A stretch of DNA of 60,402 nucleotides, counting the filler, from Nemertoderma westbladi (Eukaryota > Animalia > Xenacoelomorpha): assembly GCA_032718475.1 (NCBI GenBank). It is 2 parts of 2 records of this genome, joined end to end, with 100 filler letters (N's around TTAATTAATTAA, not from the genome) between each part and the next. Parts side by side here need not be neighbours in the genome. Positions count along the whole stretch, not along the records: positions 1 to 31,631 come from JAUCBJ010000766.1; 1 more part is not named here. One strand, given 5' to 3'. The notes beneath the pieces are model-generated. The model saw nothing but the letters and a program-made list of their open reading frames with translations, was not told the origin of the DNA and ran no database searches. Shown in pieces: positions 1 through 11,734 of the stretch (positions are counted from its first letter, which is position 1; each line of letters starts with the position of its first letter). The position numbers and the translations under genes were made by a program.

Positions 1-8
1 ATAAAAAA

Positions 9-3000
9 TTATTCCCCTATCAATCCGTTTATTATTCCCCCTCTATCCTTGTATTATTCCCCTATCAATCCGTTTATTATTCCCCCTCTATCCTTGTATT
101 ATGCCCCCTCTATCCTTGTATTATTCCCCCTCTATCCTTGTATTATTCCCCCTCTCTCCTTGTATTATTCCCCTCTCAATCCGTTTATTATGCCCCCTCT
201 ATCCTTGTATTATTCCCCCTCTATCCTTGTATTATTCCCCCTCAATCCGTTTATTATGCCCCCTCTATCCTTGTATTATTCCCCCTCTATCCTTGTATTA
301 TTCCCCCTCTATCCTTGTATTATTCCCCTATCAATCCGTTTATTATTCCCCCTCTATCCTTGTATTATTCCCCCCTCTATCCTTGTATTATTCCCCCTCT
401 ATCCTTGTATTATTCCCCCTCTCTCCTTGTATTATTCCCCTCTCAATCCGTTTATTATGCCCCCTCTATCCTTGTATTATTCCCCCTCTCTCCTTGTATT
501 ATTCCCCTCTCAATCCGTTTATTATGCCCCCTCTATCCTTGTATTATTCCCCCTCTATCCTTGTATTATTCCCCCTCAATCCGTTTATTATGCCCCCTCT
601 ATCCTTGTATTATTCCCCCTCTATCCCTGTATTATTCCCCCTCTATCCTTGTATTATTCCCCCTCTATCCTTGTATTATTCCCCTATCAATCCGTTTATT
701 ATTCCCCCTCTATCCTTGTATTATTCCCCCTCTATCCTTGTATTATTCCCCCTCTATCCTTGTATTATTCCCCTATCAATCCGTTTATTATTCCCCCTCT
801 ATCCTTGTATTATTCCCCCCTCTATCCTTGATTATTCCCCTCTATCCGTTTATTATTCCCCCTCTCTCCTTGTATTATTCCCCCTCAATCCGTTTATTAT
901 TCCCCCTCTATCCTTGTATTATTCCCCTCTCAATCCGTTTATTATTCCCCCTCTATCCTTGTATTATTCCCCTTTCTTGTATTATTCCCCCTTTATCCGT
1001 TTATTATTCCCCCTCTACCCTTGTATTATTCTATTCCCCTTCTATCCTTGTATTATTCCCCTTTCTTGTATTATTCCCCCTTTATCCGTTTATTATTCCC
1101 CCTCTACCCTTGTATTATTCCCCCTCTATCCTTGTATTATTCCCCCTCAATCCGTTTATTATTCCCCCTCTATCCTTATATTATTCCCCTATCAATCCGT
1201 TTATTATTCCCCCTCTATCCTTGTATTATTCCCCTTCTATCCTTGTATTATTCCCCCTCTATCCTTGTATTATTCCCCCTCAATCCGTTTATTATGCCCC
1301 CTCTATCCTTGTATTATTCCCCCTCTATCCTTGTATTATTCCCCCTCTATCCTTGTATTATTCCCCTATCAATCCGTTTATTATTCCCCCTCTATCCTTG
1401 TATTATTCCCCTATCAATCCGTTTATTATTCCCCTCTATCCGTTTATTATTCCCCCTCTATCCTTGTATTATTCCCCTTCTATCCGTTTATTATTCCCCC
1501 TCTCTCCTTGTATTATTCCCCCCTCTATCCTTGTATTATTCCCCTATCAATCCGTTTATTATTCCCCCTCTATCCTTGTATTATTCCCCCTCTATCCTTG
1601 TATTATTCCCCCTCTATCCTTGTATTATTCCCCTATCAATCCGTTTATTATTCCCCCTCTATCCTTGTATTATTCCCCTATCAATCCGTTTATTATTCCC
1701 CTCTATCCGTTTATTATTCCCCCTCTATCCTTGTATTATTCCCCTTCTATCCGTTTATTATTCCCCATCTATCCTTGATTATTCCCCCTCTATCCTTGTA
1801 TTATTCCCCCTCTATCCTTGTATTATCCCCCTCTATCCTTGTATTATTCCCCCTCTATCCTTGTATTATTCCCCCTCTATCCTTGTATTATTCCCCTATC
1901 AATCCGTTTATTATTCCCCCTCTATCCTTGTATTATTCCCCCTCTATCCTTGTATTATTCCCCCTCTATCCTTGTATTATTCCCCTATCAATCCGTTTAT
2001 TATTCCCCCTCTATCCTTGTATTATTCCCCTATCAATCCGTTTATTATCCCCCTCAATCCGTTTATTATTCCCCCTCTATCCTTGTATTATTCCCCCTCT
2101 ATCCTTGTATTATTCCCCTATCAATCCGTTTATTATTCCCCCTCTATCCTTGTATTATTCCCCTATCAATCCGTTTATTATTCCCCTCTATCCGTTTATA
2201 ATTCCCCCTCTATCCTTGTATTATTCCCCTTCTATCCGTTTATTATTCCCCATCCATCCTTGTATTATTCCCCCTCAATCCGTTTATTATTCCCCCCTCT
2301 ACCCTTGTATTATTCCCCCTCTATCCTAGTATTATTCCCCCTCTATCCTTGTATTATTCCCCCTCTATCCTTGTATTATTCCCCTATCAATCCGTTTATT
2401 ATTCCCCCTCTATCCTTGTATTATTCCCCCTCTATCCTTGTATTATTCCCCTATCTATCCGTTTATTATTCCCCCGCTATCCTTGTATTATTCCCCCTCT
2501 ATTCTTGTATTATTCCCCCTCTATCCGTTTATTATTCCCCTTCTATCCGTTTATTATTCCCCCTCTCTCCTTGTATTATCCCCCTCAATCCGTTTATTAT
2601 TCCCCCTCTATCCTTGTATTATTCCCCCTCAATCCGTTTATTATTCCCCATCTATCCTTGTATTATTCCCCCTCAATCCGTTTATTATTCACCTTCTATC
2701 CTTGTATTATTCCCCCTCTATCCTTGTATTATTCCCCCTCTATCCTTGTATTATTCCCCCTCTATCCTTGTATTATTCCCCCTCAATCCGTTTATTATTC
2801 CCCATCTATCCTTGTATTATTCCCCCTCAATCCGTTTATTATTCCCCATCTATCCTTGTATTATTCCCCCTCTATCCTTGTATTATTCCCCCTCTATCCT
2901 TGTATTATTCCCCCTCTATCCTTGTATTATTCCCCCTCTATCCGTTTATTATTCCCCTTCTATCCGTTTATTATTCCCCCTCTCTCCTTGTATTATTCCC

Positions 3001-6000
3001 CCTCTATCCTTGTATTATTCCCCCTCTATCCTTGTATTATTCCCCCTTTATCCTTGTATTATTCCCCCTCTATCCTTGTATTATTCCCCCTCTATCCGTT
3101 TATTATTCCCCTTCTATCCGTTTATTATTCCCCTTCTATCCGTTTATTATTCCCCCTCTCTCCTTGTATTATTCCCCCCTCTATCCTTGTATTATTCCCC
3201 CTCTATCCTTGTATTATTCCCCCTTTATCCTTGTATTATTCCCCCTCTATCCTTGTATTATTCCCCCTCTATCCGTTTATTATTCCCCCTCTCTCCTTGT
3301 ATTATCCCCCTCAATCCGTTTATTATTCCCCCTCTATCCTTGTATTATTCCCCCTCAATCCGTTTATTATTCCCCATCTATCCTTGTATTATTCCCCCTC
3401 AATCCGTTTATTATTCCCCTTCTATCCTTGTATTATTCCCCCTCTATCCTTGTATTATTCCCCCTCTATCCTTGTATTATTCCCCCTCTATCCTTGTATT
3501 ATTCCCCCTCAATCCGTTTATTATTCCCCATCTATCCTTGTATTATTCCCCCTCAATCCGTTTATTATTCCCCATCTATCCTTGTATTATTCCCCCCTCT
3601 ATCCTTGTATTATTCCCCCTCTATCCTTGTATTATTCCCCCTCTATCCTTGTATTATTCCCCCTCTATCCGTTTATTATTCCCCTTCTATCCGTTTATTA
3701 TTCCCCCTCTATCCTTGTATTATTCCCCCTCTATCCTTGTATTATTCCCCCTCTATCCTTGTATTATTCCCCCTTTATCCTTGTATTATTCCCCCTCTAT
3801 CCTTGTATTATTCCCCCTCTATCCGTTTATTATTCCCCCTCTATCCGTTTATTATTCCCCTTCTATCCTTGTATTATTCCCCCTCTATCCTTGTATTATT
3901 CCCCCTCTATCCTTGTATTATTCCCCCTCTATCCTTGTATTATTCCCCCTCAATCCGTTTATTATTCCCCCTCTATCCTTGTATTATTCCCCCTCAATCC
4001 GTTTATTATTCCCCCTCTATCCTTGTATTATTCCCCCTCTATCCTTGTATTATTCCCCCTCTATCCTTGTATTATTCCCCCTCTATCCTTGTATTATTCC
4101 CCCTCTATCCGTTTATTATTCCCCCTCTATCCGTTTATTATTCCCCCTCTATCCTTGTATTATTCCCCCTCTATCCTTGTATTATTCCCCCTCTATCCTT
4201 GTATTATTCCCCCTCTATCCTTGTATTATTCCCCCTCTATCCTTGTATTATTCCCCCTCTATCCGTTTATTATTCCCCCTCTATCCGTTTATTATTCCCC
4301 TTCTATCCGTTTATTATTCCCCCTCTCTCCTTGTATTATTCCCCCTCTATCCTTGTATTATTCCCCCTCTATCCTTGTATTATTCCCCCTCTATCCTTGT
4401 ATTATTCCCCCTCTATCCTTGTATTATTCCCCCTCTATCCGTTTATTATTCCCCCTCTATCCTTGTATTATTCCCCCTCTATCCTTGTATTATCCCCCCT
4501 CAATCCGTTTATTATTCCCCCTCTATCCTTGTATTATTCCCCCTCAATCCGTTTATTATTCCCCATCTATCCTTGTATTATTACCCCGCTATCCTTGTAT
4601 TATTCCCCCTCTATCCTTGTATTATTCCCCCTCTATCCTTGTATTATTCCCCCTCTATCCTTGTATTATTCCCCCTCTATCCTTGTATTATTCCCCCTCT
4701 ATCCTTGTATTATTCCCCCTCTATCCTTGTATTATCCCCCCTCAATCCGTTTATTATTCCCCCTCTATCCTTGTATTATTCCCCCTCAATCCGTTTATTA
4801 TTCCCCATCTATCCTTGTATTATTCCCCCTCTATCCTTGTATTATTCCCCCTTTACCCTTGTATTATTCCCCCTATATCCTTGTATTATTCCCCCTTTAT
4901 CCTTGTATTATTCCCCCTCTATCCTTGTATTATTCCCCCTCAATCCGTTTATTATTCACCTTCTATCCTTGTATTATTCCCCCTCTATCCTTGTATTATT
5001 CCCCCTCTATCCTTGTATTATTCCCCCTCTATCCTTGTATTATTCCCCCTCAATCCGTTTATTATTCCCCATCTATCCTTGTATTATTCCCCCTCAATCC
5101 GTTTATTATTCCCCATCTATCCTTGTATTATTCCCCCCTCTATCCTTGTATTATTCCCCCTCTATCCTTGTATTATTCCCCCTCTATCCTTGTATTATTC
5201 CCCCTCTATCCGTTTATTATTCCCCTTCTATCCGTTTATTATTCCCCCTCTCTCCTTGTATTATTCCCCCCTCTATCCTTGTATTATTCCCCCTCTATCC
5301 TTGTATTATTCCCCCTTTATCCTTGTATTATTCCCCCTCTATCCTTGTATTATTCCCCCTCTATCCGTTTATTATTCCCCCTCAATCCGTTTATTATTCA
5401 CCTTCTATCCTTGTATTATTCCCCCTCTATCCTTGTATTATTCCCCCTCTATCCTTGTATTATTCCCCCTCTATCCTTGTATTATTCCCCCTCAATCCGT
5501 TTATTATTCCCCATCTATCCTTGTATTATTCCCCCTCAATCCGTTTATTATTCCCCATCTATCCTTGTATTATTCCCCCCTCTATCCTTGTATTATTCCC
5601 CCTCTATCCTTGTATTATTCCCCCTCTATCCTTGTATTATTCCCCCTCTATCCGTTTATTATTCCCCTTCTATCCGTTTATTATTCCCCCTCTCTCCTTG
5701 TATTATTCCCCCCTCTATCCTTGTATTATTCCCCCTCTATCCTTGTATTATTCCCCCTTTATCCTTGTATTATTCCCCCTCTATCCTTGTATTATTCCCC
5801 CTCTATCCGTTTATTATTCCCCCTCTATCCGTTTATTATTCCCCTTCTATCCGTTTATTATTCCCCCTCTCTCCTTGTATTATTCCCCCCTCTATCCTTG
5901 TATTATTCCCCCTCTATCCTTGTATTATTCCCCTATCAATCCGTTTATTATTCCCCCTCTATCCTTGTATTATTCCCCTATCAATCCGTTTATTATGCCC

Positions 6001-7203
6001 CCTCTATCCTTGTATTATCCCCCCTCTATCTTGTATTATCCCCCTTCTATCCTTGTATTATTCCCCCTCTATCCTTGTATTATTCCCCCTCTATCCTTGT
6101 ATTATTCCTCCTCTATTCTTGTATTATTCCCCCTTTATCCTTGTATTATTCCCCCTCTATCCTTGTATTATTCCCCCTCTATCCGTTTATTATTCCCCCT
6201 CTATCCTTGTATTATTCCCCCTCTATCTTGTATTATTCCCCCTCAATCCGTTTATTATTCCCCCTCACCCTTGTATTATTCTCACTCTATCCTTTTATTA
6301 TCCCCTCTCTATCCTTGTATTATTCCCCCTCAATCCGTTTATTATTCCCCCTCACCCTTGTATTATTCTCACTCTATCCTTTTATTATCCCCTCTCTATC
6401 CTTGTATTATTCCCCCTCTATCCTTGTATTATTCCCCTCTATCCTTGTATTATTCCCCCTCTATCCTTGTATTATTCCCCTATCAATCCGTTTATTATTC
6501 CCCCTCTATTCTTGTATTATTCCCCCTCTATCCTTGTATTATTCCCCTATCAATCCGTTTATTATTCCCCCTATATCCTTGTATTATTCCCCCTCTATCT
6601 TGTATTATTCCCCCTCAATCCGTTTATTATTCCCCCTCACCCTTGTATTATTCTCACTCTATCCTTTTATTATCCCCTCTCTATCCTTGTATTATTCCCC
6701 CTCAATCCGTTTATTATTCCCCCTCTATCCTTGTATTATTCCCCCTCTATCCGTTTATTATTCCCCCTCTATCCTTGTATTATTCCCCCTCTATCTTGTA
6801 TTATTCCCCCTCAATCCGTTTATTATTCCCCCTCACCCTTGTATTATTCTCACTCTATCCTTTTATTATCCCCTCTCTATCCTTGTATTATTCCCCCTCA
6901 ATCCGTTTATTATTCCCCCTCACCCTTGTATTATTCTCACTCTATCCTTTTATTATCCCCTCTCTATCCTTGTATTATTCCCCCTCTATCCTTGTATTAT
7001 TCCCCTCTATCCTTGTATTATTCCCCCTCTATCCTTGTATTATTCCCCTATCAATCCGTTTATTATTCCCCCTCTATCCTTGTATTATTCCCCCTCTATC
7101 TTGTATTATTCCCCCTCTATCCTTGTATTATTCCCCCTCTCTCCTTGTATTATTCCCCCTCAATCCGTTTATTATTCCCCCTCAATCCGTTATTATTCCC
7201 CCT
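9..7203. repeat. 22-bp pyrimidine-rich minisatellite (~325 copies) in an intron of the ISWI/SMARCA5 gene
   Basis: Unit TATTATTCCCCCTCTATCCTTG with variants ending ..TCAATCCGTT or ..TCTATCCGTT; runs straight into the acceptor CGTTTAG at 7204-7210. Confidence 0.97.
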
Positions 7204-7210
7204 CGTTTAG

Positions 7211-7503
7211 GCCTGCGAGAAGTACGGACGCGACGACGTTGATTTGATCGCTACCGAGGTGGAAGGGAAGACCCGCGAGGAAGTCCGGGAATACGCGGCG
7301 GTATTCTGGGAGCGGAGTTCCGAACTGCGCGATATCGACCGGATAATGGCGCAGATCGAACGAGGCGAGTCGAAGATCCATCGCCGCGCCGGGATTAAAC
7401 GGGCCCTCGCCGCCAAGATGGCCCGTTACGTGTCGCCGTTCCATCAGCTAAGGTTCTCCTACGGAACTAATAAAGGGAAGAACTACACCGAAGACGAAGA
7501 TAG
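7211..7503 (+). CDS. SMARCA5: ISWI-family chromatin remodeller (SMARCA5/SNF2H-like), penultimate coding exon (SANT/SLIDE region)
   Basis: Acceptor tttag|GCC; translates [35 protein letters not shown]...[21 protein letters not shown](R), matching the conserved ISWI C-terminus; donor AG|gttagt at 7504. Upstream exons lie outside the window. Confidence 0.93.
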
Positions 7504-7712
7504 GTTAGTTTGGTGGCGCAAAATACTCTGAAATGTATCAAATAGCCCAGACTAGGGTTGTGAGTTAGGAATTGTTATGAAATTCCCTAGAAATTTTTTC
7601 GGAAATTACGTATTTTCTTAATTTATTATATAAATTAACTTTTAATAGTAAATATTTACAGAATCATCTTCATATTAATAATTACATGAAATAGTTATAA
7701 TAAGATGACATG

Positions 7713-8680
7713 CACTGCCGGTAGAGGGGTGAGTACCCAATTAAGTAACCTGCATAATCTTGTAACATGTGTTAACTTTCGTTTATTGTTTTGGCTCCCC
7801 CAACACGCCTGTGTAACCTGCTCATTTAACTGGCAATCTAATGGGTCCTAACGCTCTTTGGGATCTAACACTTTTTGGGTCCTAACGTAAGGGAAAGGCA
7901 TGGGCAGCCTTGAATAGGCTTTCCAGGATTTGGAAGTCACCGAGAATTAATCGGAAACTTAAGGTCCGATTATTTAGAGCAGCAGTAGTTCCAGTACTCC
8001 TCTACGGGAGTCCATGCCGGGCTCTAACTGCTGAGGACACCAAATCTCTGGATGGCACATTCACAAGAATGCTACGCCGGGTTCACTGTGTCAAGTACAA
8101 TGCACACATCTCCAACGAGACACTATATAACATTGGAGGTGTCTCATTGGTTCCCCCAAGCTTGACACTAGAACAAAATCGCCTCCGCTTTGCAGGACAT
8201 TGCTTTCGCCGTGAGGACCAGCCAGTGCATAATCTTGTACTTTGGCAGCCTCATGGAGTGAATAAGCATGGTGGACAGCCCATGACTTTCTTGAGACGCA
8301 TCTTAAAGGACACCTGCCTTAAAGATGCGGATGATCTAGCAAATGTCATGGGTGAAAGGGTGTTGTGGCGGTGCAATTTTGTTGACAAGCCGGCACAGCA
8401 TTCTTAAAAATGCAGCTGCAATGCAGCATGCCGATCCTAGTAGGGTCCTAACGCTCTTTTGGACCTAACGCTTTTTGGGTCCTAACGCTCTTTGGGACTT
8501 TACCTATTTGTTTTGTACAGTTCCCAAAGATCGTTAGGTGCCATTGCCTTTTAAAGGTACAGGTTAGTAAAGGAGATGATTACAGATGCGTGTTGGGGGA
8601 ACCAAAACACTAAACGAAAGTTAACACCTGTGTTTTGTACAGGTCTTTAATGTTTGTTTTGTACTCACTCGCCGGTAGTG
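7713..8680. mobile_element. Non-autonomous DNA element (MITE) with CACT termini, CMC/CACTA-like, interrupted by an RTE fragment
   Basis: Left end CACTGCCGG, right end CCGGTAGTG; subterminal inverted match GTTAACTTTCGTTTATTGTTTTGGCTCCCCCAACACGC vs GCGTGTTGGGGGAACCAAAACACTAAACGAAAGTTAAC; TG on both flanks (candidate 2-bp TSD). Confidence 0.6.
7885..8443 (+). mobile_element. 5'-truncated RTE-like non-LTR retrotransposon, copy 1
   Basis: ORF 7910-8407 has post-RT RTE motifs (KLKVRLFRAAVVPVLLYGS, LDGTFTRMLRRV, RLRFAGHCFR); 3' end GATCCTAGTAG; direct repeat GGGTCCTAACG at 7877-7887 and 8443-8453; nearly identical to 13559-14401. Confidence 0.88.
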
Positions 8681-8908
8681 TGTTGTGTATTTTGTGTTTT
8701 TTAAATTACATTATTTACTTGATGTTTTATTTTATGAACAAGAGTGATGCCTGCTTAGTTGTGTTGAAGTGGGTCGTTGTTTTGGCTCTTGTGGTCATAA
8801 ATCCTGGTAAGTATACTTTTCTGTAAATTTACTTCAAAGAACATATTTCCGTAAAACTCACATCCCATACCACGAGATTGTTCACCGTTTTTATAATATA
8901 TATTTAAG

Positions 8909-9272
8909 GTTCCTCATCTGTATGCTACACAAGTTGGGATTCGATCGCGACAACGTCTACGACGAACTCCGTCTTGCGATACGAAATGCACCGCAGTTCC
9001 GTTTCGACTGGTTCCTAAAGAGTAGAACCGCAGTAGAGCTGCAGCGACGATGCAACACGTTGATAACCCTTATAGAACGGGAGTGCACCGAGTACCTTGG
9101 AGACGAGAAAAGGGGTGCGAACAGTGGGGGGGCGACGGGGGGAAGGAGTGGCACCCCGTTGGGGGGCAAACCGACGACTGCGGGGGGAACCGCGGTCGTA
9201 CGTCCGAGTTCCGGTAAACGTCCGGGATCCGACTTGCTGACACGACCCCGGCCGAAGAAACAGCGCAGGTAG
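8909..9272 (+). CDS. SMARCA5: ISWI/SMARCA5 last coding exon (end of SLIDE domain, Gly-rich tail, basic NLS-like end)
   Basis: Acceptor tttaag|G completes the Arg codon split by the phase-2 intron; [21 protein letters not shown]...[30 protein letters not shown]...PRPKKQRR*. Confidence 0.93.
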
Positions 9273-9497
9273 TCGGGGAAACAAGGCAATATTAATAGTA
9301 ACGCAGTTTAGTAAAGAAGAATTAGTTACAGAAATTAAACCCTCCTATAGACTTTTAAATCGCCGCGAAGGGAATACGAACGAGAGTTGTCGTGGTATAT
9401 GAATTCCATATAGACTCCTTCATAATCAGTAAGATATACACTATTTTTTGGTTTTATACTTCTTTGTTTTTACAGTTTTATCGATTCTTCTGTACGA

Positions 9498-9517
9498 AAT
9501 AAATGGATGACAATAAA
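9498..9517 (+). promoter_or_regulatory. Candidate polyadenylation signals for SMARCA5
   Basis: Two AATAAA hexamers (9498-9503, 9512-9517) about 230 nt after the stop, followed by T-rich sequence. Confidence 0.4.
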
Positions 9518-10251
9518 CTGTAGGAGGCAACTTTTTTGCCTTCAATAGTTATTATGTTTTTTTAAGTTCAACCTCGTTACTGGGCTAGTTTTTGGCATTT
9601 GAGATAAAGCTTCAGAATTTTCAGAGGTTCAGAATGTTTGATAGATAGACCCTCCCTTTTTTGTGTTACTGCAGATATTTTTAAAATATAATATCAGCGA
9701 CTTTCTAAAGTTATATAACTCTGGTTTTGTTTAGCATAAATATATAAATTTATAACTCAATTTCTACATAAATACTATCATTTATAAGAAACCGACCTAT
9801 GCACGGGCATTGGAACAGGAAAAACCTTAGATATAACATAAGGAAATGTTTCTCTCTGCGATCTAATATCTTAAAATTAAATAGTATTTTTATTGTCATT
9901 TATTTTACTTAGACATTGTATGTATATGAATGTTAATGTATTTAATGTACTAATATATTCCATATTAAATGTTTTACATATCTTATGCAAGTTTGTTCTA
10001 TATTAATTTGCTATATAAAAAATAAATAAACAGGTAATAATAAAGTCTTACAACCCCGCAAACTAATAAAAAACATAGAATCAGGACATTAACGCCCAAA
10101 ATAGTTCTCAGCCACTAGGGCCATCAAGAACCTAAAACAATACAAACAAACAAAAAAAACCACATAAACAAAAACAAATATATTTCAAATGCTCAACATA
10201 CAGATCGCACCCTAACCTCCGCCATACACTCAATGATACCGGATACCGATA

Positions 10252-11502
10252 TTAATTTGACTTAGTCCTTAACTTAATAAACTTTTCCCAGGCCTGATCC
10301 ATATTACCATTACTTGCATCTACAATCATTGTTATATCTCTAAGAACTACTATATTTATGTGACCTAATATATCACATAGCAACGTGTCATTTAGAGACA
10401 AAGTTATTCCAGTCGTCAAAGACAAACATTTCTTGCGCATATCTTCATTAAGAGTTCGTAATTCATCTACATCGTCTTGCATTTGTTTTGCCCCGTAATT
10501 TCCTATTGTTTCCCATAATGTCTTATTAATTAGTTGATACAACATCCAATCACCTAGATTTATCTCTCGTATTCTATCTTTCATTTTCTCATCAATTTCA
10601 TCGCCTTTACGTGGGTTAACATTTCTAATCTTATAAATTACATCTGGTATCTCCCAGCAAAGAAGTTCTTTCATAATAATTAAAGACTCATCGAAATGTT
10701 CTAGAACTATAATAAAGTCAAATTCTTTGGAAATCTCGTTAATAACTTTCTGTATCTCAGTTACATCGCTATTATTCTGTAAGATATATCCAAACTCGTA
10801 CAACATTGGGTTTACGAAAGCCCTTCCATTGAATTTTACTGTTTCTGGGTGTTCCAAATAGTTACTGAGAATAGTTTCCTTTGTCGGTGGAATTGATGTC
10901 TTAAAAAGGTGGTATATAACAGATTTTTTGTTGTAATATCTAAAATACGAAGGAATTAAAGTGGCTGGGTCTCTTATGCTGGAAATATACTTTGTGTCAG
11001 CCGGCATAATATCTCGGATGGTGTGACTGTAGCGGCAATGGAGGAAAGACACATTGGGATGCTGTGTGTTGATATTCAGGTCTGTATCCCATCTGTAGTT
11101 CCAATCGGGGTACGGCACACTATCCATCCACCGCATAGTGGGAACGGCGGGTTTCAGTTTGTGTTTCATGGCGTGGTTTACGAACATTGGGACTGTGGTA
11201 GACGAACCTATTTTGTGCATTTTTAACCAAAATATGTTCATTGTGGGTTCAGCACATTTTGCTTCATGCCTCGCCATGGTTACGGTCGACTGTGATCTCG
11301 TAATTTGATCTTTATTGGTTTCGTAAGCCCCATAATTCGTCGTGTAGTTTGTTGATTTAGAATTTGGTAACAATTGGTATAATATATTTTGTGATACTTT
11401 CTTAACAGGAGCGAATTTATTTTCGTTAAAGAGGAGCCTAGCAATAGCATATAACATCACTATAATTATAATAACGTATTTCACTAACTTATAAGAGCGC
11501 AT
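10252..11502 (-). CDS. Galactose-3-O-sulfotransferase family protein (GAL3ST-like), type II Golgi membrane protein, ~416 aa, intronless CDS
   Basis: First ATG at 11502 (MRSYKLVKY); hydrophobic anchor YVIIIIVMLYAIARLLF; 5'-PSB motif FWLKMHKIGSST; 3'-PB motif SIRDP..LIPSYFRYY; family motifs FDFIIVLEHFDESLIIMKELLCW and DWMLY..INKTLW. Confidence 0.88.
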   Translation of the reverse strand: MRSYKLVKYVIIIIVMLYAIARLLFNENKFAPVKKVSQNILYQLLPNSKSTNYTTNYGAYETNKDQITRSQSTVTMARHEAKCAEPTMNIFWLKMHKIGSSTTVPMFVNHAMKHKLKPAVPTMRWMDSVPYPDWNYRWDTDLNINTQHPNVSFLHCRYSHTIRDIMPADTKYISSIRDPATLIPSYFRYYNKKSVIYHLFKTSIPPTKETILSNYLEHPETVKFNGRAFVNPMLYEFGYILQNNSDVTEIQKVINEISKEFDFIIVLEHFDESLIIMKELLCWEIPDVIYKIRNVNPRKGDEIDEKMKDRIREINLGDWMLYQLINKTLWETIGNYGAKQMQDDVDELRTLNEDMRKKCLSLTTGITLSLNDTLLCDILGHINIVVLRDITMIVDASNGNMDQAWEKFIKLRTKSN

Positions 11503-11734
11503 TATTTTTGTTTTTATTTTTTTCTTCTCTATAGCTATAAATAACAAACAATAGTTTAAATTAAAATTTACCCAAATCTAATTTTACATGGTCATACAAA
11601 CGTGTATTAATGGCAATTTTTAATTGGAAAAGTTATTACCTGAAACCAAGAACTTCAAAAACATAATATTTATTTAAAATATATACATACTATATTCTAG
11701 AACTCCATGCTCAAACGTTCTAAAAATTTCCCCA

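Noticed and set aside
49-7247. Very long ORFs (up to 2073 aa) in all three plus frames
   Set aside because: The 22-bp unit lacks stop codons on this strand; the same periodic peptide appears in every frame and the region is intronic.
11503-11547. TTG start giving a 431-aa sulfotransferase
   Set aside because: Eukaryotic gene; the first ATG at 11502 directly precedes a short cytoplasmic tail and signal anchor.
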